Part shown: positions 1-6,112 of the stretch, in pieces
How the letters are laid out: the number at the start of each line of letters is the position of its first letter
Position numbering within the stretch: position 1 is the first letter of the stretch
IMG/VR virus record: IMGVR_UViG_3300042544_001590
Location: 62,001-126,000 of that record
Length of the DNA stretch: 64,000 nt
Reading direction: 5' to 3' (one strand)
Made by a program: the position numbers and the translations under genes
Notes under the pieces: model-generated
Database searches by the model: none
Seen by the model: only the letters and a program-made list of their open reading frames with translations
Told to the model about the DNA's origin: nothing

Positions 1-1
1 G

Positions 2-130
2 CCTTTGGAAAAGGATTGGCAAAGCGGGACTGTTCGGGCATACATCAACGGCAAGGAAATCTTCGCCGCTCTGGAGAAGGGCAAGAACCAGCCTTGGATT
101 GTGCGCCATGTTGATGATCTGTTCGCATAA
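2..130 (+). CDS. partial small hypothetical protein (array cassette; 5' end outside window)
   Basis: Open frame PLEKDWQSG...VDDLFA* ending GCA TAA, with the same codon style as the downstream cassettes. Confidence 0.7.
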   Translation, partial: PLEKDWQSGTVRAYINGKEIFAALEKGKNQPWIVRHVDDLFA

Positions 131-135
131 TGTTC

Positions 136-435
136 CTAATCAGAATGTTCCTTGATATGACATAATCGACAAAGCCAAGTTATATCAAGAGGTTTGGAAT
201 AATCTTTATGATGCATTTCCTCGCCTATCTCACCACATATACAATTTTCGCGCAATATCTTACCACGTTTTAAATATACATTTGCTGTTGATCGTGCATT
301 AGCTTTCAATCGCTGAATATCACTAAGTTCTGAATGTTTGGTTCTATTGATTCGCATCCATTCAGCACGGCATGATTTACACCAACGTTGATTATTAACC
401 CGCTCATTCACTTTACATTTATTACAATATGTCAT
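136..435 (-). CDS. HNH endonuclease, inverted within the cassette array
   Basis: CxxC pairs plus HHKDYSKPLDITWLCRLCH HNH-type motif; AT-rich; TAAGTA-N5-ATG upstream supports a start at 435 rather than 462. Confidence 0.75.
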   Translation of the reverse strand: MTYCNKCKVNERVNNQRWCKSCRAEWMRINRTKHSELSDIQRLKANARSTANVYLKRGKILRENCICGEIGEEMHHKDYSKPLDITWLCRLCHIKEHSD

Positions 436-510
436 AATAATACTTAGAATATTGTTCCACATTTGTATAGTGGAACAAGTGATGTTTAAAAACTAGCCTA
501 GACTGATCAC

Positions 511-648
511 ATGAAGGAACTGCCACCGTGCCACAAAGATTCCCCCCTCCATGATAAATGGCTTGTCATTGTCGCTCAAATGGAGGATGAGGGATGCGAT
601 ACATCCGATGCCCAATCCATAGCCGATATTGAGGTGTTTAAAAACTAG
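511..648 (+). CDS. small hypothetical protein, 45 aa
   Basis: ATG 6 nt after TAGACT of motif copy 487; stop is the TAG of the next motif; below the ORF-track length cutoff. Confidence 0.7.
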   Translation: MKELPPCHKDSPLHDKWLVIVAQMEDEGCDTSDAQSIADIEVFKN

Positions 649-664
649 ATTAAGATTTAGCTAC

Positions 665-830
665 CAATACAACGCCGGAGCCGCTGCGGAGCGGAGTCCC
701 CCGCAAAGGGACATATAAAAAAGCTTTTGTCGTTCGATTCCCGGATGCATACGGGATAGAGCAAGAGGACTAGCTATCCTTGGACAAGACGAAAGCGGAG
801 GGTTCGAAACCTTCCTCGGGCTTCCTTTTC
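665..830 (+). ncRNA. putative structured ncRNA / degenerate tRNA-like cassette
   Basis: Follows a motif copy but has no suitable ATG; T-arm-like GAGGG-TTCGAAA-CCTTC (798-814), anticodon-arm-like GAGGA-CTAGCTA-TCCTT (765-781), GTCCC/GGGAC hairpin. Confidence 0.4.
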
Positions 831-855
831 TTAAAAACTAAACCAGAATAACACC

Positions 856-1026
856 ATGACGAGACAATATACAAACCGACTGCTGGAAATGATCGAAGAT
901 GGTCTGCTTGACAAGGACAACGTGATCATGGCTTGTGTCAAATACATGTCGGAGGACGATGTGGAGGACATGATGAAATGCAACGAATTTCTGGAGGACG
1001 AAGAAGAGGAGGATGAGGACGAATAA
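856..1026 (+). CDS. small acidic hypothetical protein, 56 aa
   Basis: MTRQYTNRLLEMIEDG...EDEEEEDEDE*; motif copy 832 upstream; stop TAA is the start of the next motif. Confidence 0.8.
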   Translation: MTRQYTNRLLEMIEDGLLDKDNVIMACVKYMSEDDVEDMMKCNEFLEDEEEEDEDE

Positions 1027-1050
1027 AAACTAGCGTAAGATAGCCTCACC

Positions 1051-1275
1051 ATGAAACGATACGCCATAAGATCAAAACAAAAGGAAATAGGATATATCAA
1101 ATTTACAGTTCCCACCATTGAAGTATTACATTTCAATTCTCCTTTCTTTCTTGGATCGTGGTGTGCTGACAATGGAACACTGTGGACATGTTTGGATGAT
1201 GGGAAAAACATTTTTGAGAATGAGAATGAAGCCAAGGAAAGATTGGCCGAAATCATCAAGGAATTGTTCGCTTAA
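1051..1275 (+). CDS. small hypothetical protein, 74 aa
   Basis: ORF track; flanked by motif copies. Confidence 0.8.
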   Translation: MKRYAIRSKQKEIGYIKFTVPTIEVLHFNSPFFLGSWCADNGTLWTCLDDGKNIFENENEAKERLAEIIKELFA

Positions 1276-1296
1276 AAACTAGACCAGAATAACACC

Positions 1297-1452
1297 ATGA
1301 TAATCACATACACCGCAAGATACGCAGATGGTGAAAAAGTCACGTTCACGGGAAAATTCGATGACCTGAAAGACTTTGGGAATTTCGCTCACCGTGAGAG
1401 CAAAAGGCCGAATTACAATGGTGATATGTTCATCATCATTAGCATCGTTTAA
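1297..1452 (+). CDS. small hypothetical protein, 51 aa
   Basis: MIITYTARYADG...IISIV*; bounded by motif copies 1273 and 1450. Confidence 0.75.
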   Translation: MIITYTARYADGEKVTFTGKFDDLKDFGNFAHRESKRPNYNGDMFIIISIV

Positions 1453-1476
1453 AAACTAGCCTAAGATTATCGCACC

Positions 1477-1560
1477 ATGAAACAACTCATCCTTGACACC
1501 CTCGCCGCGTTCTTCCTGTTCGCGTTCACTCCCATCGTCCTGTTCATCCTGATCGGATAA
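1477..1560 (+). CDS. single-pass membrane peptide, 27 aa
   Basis: MKQLILDTLAAFFLFAFTPIVLFILIG*; motif copy 1450 upstream. Confidence 0.7.
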   Translation: MKQLILDTLAAFFLFAFTPIVLFILIG

Positions 1561-1593
1561 CCTTTATAAAAACTAGCGTAAGCTCGTAGCACC

Positions 1594-1848
1594 ATGAAAC
1601 TGAAAATAACAAGCACCGCACCAGTCGCAGTCGAAACCTATGTTGAGGGTAATATTGTCCTCGGGCATTTCGAGTACAACGAGGGTGATTCCGCCCTTGG
1701 GGTCAATCCCCACTTTGTCCTTGTCGATGAAGTGTCGGATGACTTCCCAATCCTTTGGGAAGGGCAGGAAGTGACCATTCACAACGGGTGGTTCATCTTC
1801 GATGACGTTCACTTCGGAGAAGTGAAATTCAAGTTCGCCGGATATTAA
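1594..1848 (+). CDS. small hypothetical protein, 84 aa
   Basis: ORF track; motif copy 1567 upstream. Confidence 0.8.
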   Translation: MKLKITSTAPVAVETYVEGNIVLGHFEYNEGDSALGVNPHFVLVDEVSDDFPILWEGQEVTIHNGWFIFDDVHFGEVKFKFAGY

Positions 1849-1925
1849 ACCAACCCCGAAAGGGGTTCAATCCCCCTTATAAAAACTAGCCTAGACTGAT
1901 CTCGTAACCAACACCAACCAACACC

Positions 1926-2165
1926 ATGACCAACAAACAAATCATCGCAAAATTCGTGCAAGGCGCAACCAAGGGCAAGAACAGCCTGAAAAGCATGTTC
2001 ATCGAGGGGGATACCCTTTACTCCTATGGCTATCACTTCCCGCTTGCAAGGCGGCAGGAGGGCGGTTTCTGGGTCAACCCTGACCGTTACAGCGTCACCA
2101 CCTCCAAGCAACAAGGTATGGTTCGCGGAGCCATTGTCAACGCGGGTTTCTCTTTCGTGGCATAA
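1926..2165 (+). CDS. small phage protein with YSYGYHF...YSVTTSKQQ motif
   Basis: ORF track; motif copy 1880 followed by a CA-rich leader (AACCAACACC x2). Confidence 0.8.
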   Translation: MTNKQIIAKFVQGATKGKNSLKSMFIEGDTLYSYGYHFPLARRQEGGFWVNPDRYSVTTSKQQGMVRGAIVNAGFSFVA

Positions 2166-2229
2166 CATGGTGAAAGTCCCCTCTCTCTGGTGGTTCGGAG
2201 AGAGGGGCAAACCATCTTAAAAACTAACT

Positions 2230-2328
2230 ATGAGAGAACTCATTCTTATCCTCGCCGTTGTCGGCTTGCTTGCCTCTGGCTTGTGGCCTTTCGCCCTTGT
2301 CCTGTTTATCCTTTATCTCTGGTTTTGA
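2230..2328 (+). CDS. hydrophobic membrane peptide, 32 aa
   Basis: MRELILILAVVGLLASGLWPFALVLFILYLWF*; variant motif TAAAAACTAA directly upstream. Confidence 0.65.
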   Translation: MRELILILAVVGLLASGLWPFALVLFILYLWF

Positions 2329-2374
2329 CAAGTCGGATTCCTCCTTTTAAAAACTAGCCTAGACTGATTGCACC

Positions 2375-2689
2375 ATGAGCAACTACCCATTGGAAGATAT
2401 CCTCCGCGCCCGTAAAACCACCATCACGGGAGTCCGTGAAAAGAGCTATGGCAAGCTCCATGAAGTCTATGGGGGCGCACCCTGTGACTGGTCAAAGGCA
2501 CAAGGCGCAACCCATACGCTTTACTGTGGGGAAACGTCCGGCTTGTATGGGCGACCCGGAACCGGAACCCGTCCCGCGAAACTCCTAAAAACCGTTCTCT
2601 ACGTGGGGAACGATGTCACCGACGACGACCAAATCATCTGGGACAAGTGGGACATCAAAACCATCTGGGAAAACGCAAATAAAAACTAG
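2375..2689 (+). CDS. hypothetical protein, 104 aa
   Basis: ORF track; stop is the TAG of motif copy 2680. Confidence 0.8.
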   Translation: MSNYPLEDILRARKTTITGVREKSYGKLHEVYGGAPCDWSKAQGATHTLYCGETSGLYGRPGTGTRPAKLLKTVLYVGNDVTDDDQIIWDKWDIKTIWENANKN

Positions 2690-2706
2690 ATTAAGATAGC
2701 TGCACC

Positions 2707-2919
2707 ATGAAAACTCAACAACTTATCCGCCGCCTGAACGTGGTTTTCCGCGATCACAATCTCCCAAAGCAAGAAACGTTTGAAGCTTGTTTTAAGCAAG
2801 CCGAAAGGAATTACTGGCTGAAGGGGAAAGACTTCGTTGCCGCTTGTGAAAGGGCAATGTCCCATGAACAGATTGACAAGGACAACGCGCTTCTCAAAGC
2901 CGCAGGATTCACCGCATAA
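2707..2919 (+). CDS. small hypothetical protein, 70 aa
   Basis: ORF track; bounded by motif copies. Confidence 0.8.
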   Translation: MKTQQLIRRLNVVFRDHNLPKQETFEACFKQAERNYWLKGKDFVAACERAMSHEQIDKDNALLKAAGFTA

Positions 2920-2943
2920 AAACTAGCGCAAAATAGCTGCACC

Positions 2944-3333
2944 ATGAAATACATCGCAAATATAATCCCCACGCTTGAAAAGATCGTTTCTACCCGTGAG
3001 GCGAACAGCGTCCCCTCCCAATTGACAAGGGGAGGGGAAATCAGGATTTACCCCGTCTGGAAAGATGGGGAGAAAGTCAAGGGCAAGCGTTTGCTTTCCT
3101 TCAAGCCCTATGTCCACCCCTCCAAAAGCGCGGAAGAGAATCACCGGAACTTGCAAGCGGAAGAGCAAGCGATCCAATCGGTTTTTCCAAGCTATCGCGC
3201 CCCCTCTCTGGCTCAAATCAAAACCCTTGGAAGCGCAATGAAAGCCATGACAAAGGAAATCTTGCGGGACGGTGCGATTGCCGAAAGGGGATTGCCGAAA
3301 GCAAGTGAAGTGTGGTTCGCTCGCCTTGCATAA
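2944..3333 (+). CDS. hypothetical protein, 129 aa
   Basis: ORF track; bounded by motif copies. Confidence 0.8.
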   Translation: MKYIANIIPTLEKIVSTREANSVPSQLTRGGEIRIYPVWKDGEKVKGKRLLSFKPYVHPSKSAEENHRNLQAEEQAIQSVFPSYRAPSLAQIKTLGSAMKAMTKEILRDGAIAERGLPKASEVWFARLA

Positions 3334-3357
3334 AAACTAGCGTAAGATAGCTGCACC

Positions 3358-3582
3358 ATGAAAACACTGATCGGAACTAAAGTATTACACGGATCGCCCG
3401 GATATCAAACGCCGGAAACCATTGCGGAAATCACCCCGAAAGGGCATGACTTCGAGATGGTTTTCGAGTCGGGATTTTTCTCCACCTTGTCCTTGGATGA
3501 ACTCCATGAACTTCAAGACGATGGGGAAGTCCACTTCAAGGAAACACACGGCGGGTTCACCGTCATCACCCTGACCGCATAA
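3358..3582 (+). CDS. small hypothetical protein, 74 aa
   Basis: ORF track; bounded by motif copies. Confidence 0.8.
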   Translation: MKTLIGTKVLHGSPGYQTPETIAEITPKGHDFEMVFESGFFSTLSLDELHELQDDGEVHFKETHGGFTVITLTA

Positions 3583-3588
3583 AAACTA

Positions 3589-3614
3589 GGGGGGAGCGCA
3601 TCCTACACGCTCAA
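3589..3614 (+). repeat. 26-bp element GGGGGGAGCGCATCCTACACGCTCAA, copy 1
   Basis: Identical to 5078-5103; contains a GAGCG/CGCTC stem. Confidence 0.9.
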
Positions 3615-3650
3615 CGTCCTAGCGTTTAAAAACTAGCCTAAGATACCACC

Positions 3651-3824
3651 ATGACCAAGAAACACTTCGAGATCGTCGCATCCACCATCGCCGCAATGCC
3701 TTCCCATGCTCCAACGCTTCGCACACAGAAGCGTTCATGCGCTCTGGCCTTTGCCGATAGATTCCAAGCGGAATTTCCCCGCTTCAACCGTGAAACTTTC
3801 CTGAAAGCTTGCGGAGAAGCCTGA
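3651..3824 (+). CDS. small phage protein, 57 aa
   Basis: MTKKHFEIVASTIA...FPRFNRETFLKACGEA*; motif copy 3627 upstream. Confidence 0.8.
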   Translation: MTKKHFEIVASTIAAMPSHAPTLRTQKRSCALAFADRFQAEFPRFNRETFLKACGEA

Positions 3825-3856
3825 TCGTATAAAAACTAGCCTAAGATAGCTGCACC

Positions 3857-3997
3857 ATGATAAACAACATGTTATTCACCACCAGCGGCGTAGTCCTTGC
3901 CTATGCCATCACAAGAGATGCTGCCATCGCCATTTCCCAATTTGCTCGTCGTCCCGTTCGCTGGGGTGATGAATTGATTGGAGCAGAATACGCCTGA
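3857..3997 (+). CDS. small hypothetical protein, 46 aa
   Basis: MINNMLFTTSG...IGAEYA*; bounded by motif copies 3830 and 3998. Confidence 0.7.
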   Translation: MINNMLFTTSGVVLAYAITRDAAIAISQFARRPVRWGDELIGAEYA

Positions 3998-4024
3998 TAA
4001 AAACTAGCCTAAGATAGCTGCACC

Positions 4025-4258
4025 ATGAAAACTTACCAATTCAAAGACGGTGAATTCCAATTTTACTACGCGCAATACGGATCGATGGATCGTGACAAGC
4101 GCATCGTATTCCGTGTTCGAGTGGATCGTGACCCCAAGGAAAGGGCAAGAGAGAAGGGCATCACCGGATGGGATCGTATCATTCAAGTCTGGGAAGGACA
4201 AGAGTGGATGATTGATCAGTGGTTTGCCACCCATCAGGGAATGGAAGCCATTGCATAA
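4025..4258 (+). CDS. small hypothetical protein, 77 aa
   Basis: ORF track; bounded by motif copies. Confidence 0.8.
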   Translation: MKTYQFKDGEFQFYYAQYGSMDRDKRIVFRVRVDRDPKERAREKGITGWDRIIQVWEGQEWMIDQWFATHQGMEAIA

Positions 4259-4282
4259 AAACTAGCGTAAGATTACTGCACC

Positions 4283-4576
4283 ATGAAACCGAAAACACAG
4301 AAAGAGATCGCACTGAAAGACGGCAGCACGCTTCCCAAGGGTCTGCCCGTCTCCTTCATCGATGGCAAGGACAGCCGTTGCCTTGTTCACTCGCCAAACC
4401 ATAGCGAGCCGTTACAAGTGCGTATTACAAGCGCATTTAAAGCCCCTTCCATGTCATCCTTGGAACGCTGGTCTTATGATAGCGTGTGTAAGACTCCCAC
4501 GGGCAAGCGGGTAGAGCCGGATGGACATGGCCCGGATGGTAGCCCAAGCTGGTTGCTGGTCTATGGTCTGATCTGA
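4283..4576 (+). CDS. small phage protein with CKTPTG..VEPDG..PDGSPSWL..GLI motif
   Basis: ORF track; bounded by motif copies. Confidence 0.8.
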   Translation: MKPKTQKEIALKDGSTLPKGLPVSFIDGKDSRCLVHSPNHSEPLQVRITSAFKAPSMSSLERWSYDSVCKTPTGKRVEPDGHGPDGSPSWLLVYGLI

Positions 4577-4595
4577 TAAAAACTAGGTTAAAGTA

Positions 4596-4679
4596 TTGCT
4601 ACCATGAAACCTACCTACGAAGAGAAAGAAGCCTCCGTTGCTACCATGAAACCTACCTACGAAGAGAAAGAAGCCGCCG
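4596..4679 (+). repeat. 42-bp tandem duplication including the start codon
   Basis: TTGCTACCATGAAACCTACCTACGAAGAGAAAGAAGCC(T/G)CCG x2, one mismatch. Confidence 0.95.
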
Positions 4680-4795
4680 TTCGTTATGAAAACGATTGGT
4701 CTTGGAAATGCCCATGTCCTCCTGAAGATATCCAAGATGATCACAACTTTATCGCTTGGATCGACAATCACGGGGAGTGGATTTATCTCGGATAA
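4604..4795 (+). CDS. small hypothetical protein with duplicated N-terminus
   Basis: MKPTYEEKEA occurs twice; bounded by motif copies. Confidence 0.75.
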   Translation: MKPTYEEKEASVATMKPTYEEKEAAVRYENDWSWKCPCPPEDIQDDHNFIAWIDNHGEWIYLG

Positions 4796-4819
4796 AAACT
4801 AGCGTAAGATTACTGCACC

Positions 4820-5071
4820 ATGAAAAACAAAATCACCAAGCTGAATCGCCTGTTCCCGAACATCAAAGCCGTCTCCACCGTCGAGTGGGATGGGGAGGAA
4901 GGTGGCATCTGGTTCCGTCAGGAAGGTCGTTGCCATACGGATGGAATGCCATACTTCGATTACTACAACGACGAGCAGCAAGTCCATCCCGAGGTCGAGA
5001 AAGCCCTGAAAGGTATGGGCTTGTATGCGGAGCCATACGATGCCGGAACGTGGATGGCATTTGAAGCATGA
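4820..5071 (+). CDS. small hypothetical protein, 83 aa
   Basis: ORF track; motif copy 4793 upstream. Confidence 0.8.
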   Translation: MKNKITKLNRLFPNIKAVSTVEWDGEEGGIWFRQEGRCHTDGMPYFDYYNDEQQVHPEVEKALKGMGLYAEPYDAGTWMAFEA

Positions 5072-5077
5072 TCAAAA

Positions 5078-5103
5078 GGGGGGAGCGCATCCTACACGCT
5101 CAA
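5078..5103 (+). repeat. 26-bp element, copy 2
   Basis: Identical to 3589-3614. Confidence 0.9.
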
Positions 5104-5135
5104 GCTTTTAAAAACTAGGTTAAGATAGCTGCACC

Positions 5136-5405
5136 ATGATACCATCCACTTACTACTCCCCGCGCCATAACGAAACCTTCACCGTGATTGTGGAGGAAGT
5201 CCAGCCCCATTGGGCGTGTGCAAGGTTCGCCAAGGTGCGGGTTCAGATTGGGCATTACAACTTCACAGGGGAACACTTCGTTGCCCGTGGACATGGCGAT
5301 GCAATGACGTTAGAAGCCGCCTATGAGATGGCGGTGAATGATGTTGAGCGTGTCGATGTCGAAGGTGTCGAGGAAGATTACTTGATGCTTCACGGATGCG
5401 ATTGA
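5136..5405 (+). CDS. small hypothetical protein, 89 aa (last cassette)
   Basis: ORF track; motif copy 5109 upstream. Confidence 0.8.
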   Translation: MIPSTYYSPRHNETFTVIVEEVQPHWACARFAKVRVQIGHYNFTGEHFVARGHGDAMTLEAAYEMAVNDVERVDVEGVEEDYLMLHGCD

Positions 5406-5700
5406 TATATCTAACAGCCCCGCTGGTCTTCGGATCGGCGGGGCTTTTTTTGTGTCGTGATATATACCTGTTAGATATGGCATAGTGTTTGGCATATATG
5501 GGAAAGGCTTCTGTTAGATATGCCATATCTAACTGTTAGGGGGGGGGGCTGCTCAGAATAGCTTAAAAACTAGGGTGGGGGTGGGATGGGGGGTGGTGCC
5601 ATGGCTAAAATATTTTTTATATATTTTTCCCGTTTTTCCCATATGCGCCCATTTGAAAAAAATTTTTTTTATAAAAATACTTAATTTTTCCCATATGGAT
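5405..5700. repeat. noncoding block of direct/inverted repeats, a palindrome and G-runs
   Basis: CTGTTAGATAT at 5468 and 5511, inverted at 5407-5417; palindrome GTTAGATATG-C-CATATCTAAC 5513-5533; TTTCCCATAT twice (about 5636 and 5687) and inverted at 5496-5505; G-tracts 5539-5548 and 5573-5593. Confidence 0.75.
5416..5451 (+). terminator. intrinsic terminator closing the array
   Basis: 13-bp stem AGCCCCGCTGGTC/GATCGGCGGGGCT (two G-U pairs), cUUCGg loop, T-run. Confidence 0.92.
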
Positions 5701-5706
5701 TAAATA
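5701..5706 (+). promoter_or_regulatory. T4-late-like promoter TAAATA, 5 nt before ATG (representative of about 20 TAARTA-N5/6-start sites)
   Basis: Same geometry upstream of genes starting at 6943, 9798, 14574, 14607, 17722, 18138, 19972, 20019, 25702, 26866, 28738, 30227, 32706, 33055, 41231, 41757, 43236, 46444, 46883, 47554, 50983. Confidence 0.75.
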
Positions 5707-5711
5707 TTACC

Positions 5712-6104
5712 ATGAACAAAGACCAACTCATGCTTGAAAGCATCTACATGGAAATAACGAATCTCATTCAGGGGAACTTTGGAGGGGATCGTTACAAAAA
5801 AGAAGCTTTGGACGTATTCAGAAAATACGGGGAAGTTCGGGAAGGGGATGAAGTGGAAGGGGAGGATGCTCTGGTTATTGCAATGCTTTACAATGTGGCA
5901 GGGGATGATTGGGAATATTTCGAGGATTTGAATGGTAATGTCATCATAACCCGATTTGATTCGGAAGACCCCGATTCAAATATCATACATAGGGATTTTG
6001 GCAATGAGGAGGAATTCAATTTGGATGATATTATGAAGCAAGCGGAGAATAACGTAACCTTAACCCCCAAGGAATTTGTTGAGTATATTCACAATGTTCT
6101 GTGA
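5712..6104 (+). CDS. acidic hypothetical protein, possible internal head protein
   Basis: Late-type promoter; N-terminus MNKDQLMLESIYME. Confidence 0.75.
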   Translation: MNKDQLMLESIYMEITNLIQGNFGGDRYKKEALDVFRKYGEVREGDEVEGEDALVIAMLYNVAGDDWEYFEDLNGNVIITRFDSEDPDSNIIHRDFGNEEEFNLDDIMKQAENNVTLTPKEFVEYIHNVL

Positions 6105-6112
6105 TACCGACT

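Larger units (their letters stand above)
487..5573 (+). repeat. 22 dispersed copies of TAAAAACTA(G/A), usually followed by NN-TANNNT-N6/9-ATG, separating small ORF cassettes
   Basis: Copies start at 487, 639, 832, 1024, 1273, 1450, 1567, 1880, 2218, 2348, 2680, 2917, 3331, 3580, 3627, 3830, 3998, 4256, 4577, 4793, 5109, 5564; commonest form TAAAAACTAGC(C/G)TAAGATAGCTGCACCATG. Confidence 0.95.

Noticed and set aside
831-1259. Minus-strand poly-Ser ORF and other minus-strand ORFs across the array
   Set aside because: Antisense reading of acidic or GC-rich plus-strand cassettes, which have clear promoter and start signals
487-5573. CRISPR array interpretation of the repeats
   Set aside because: Intervals are about 45-450 bp, variable and mostly protein-coding; the repeats are degenerate and promoter-like; no cas genes in the window
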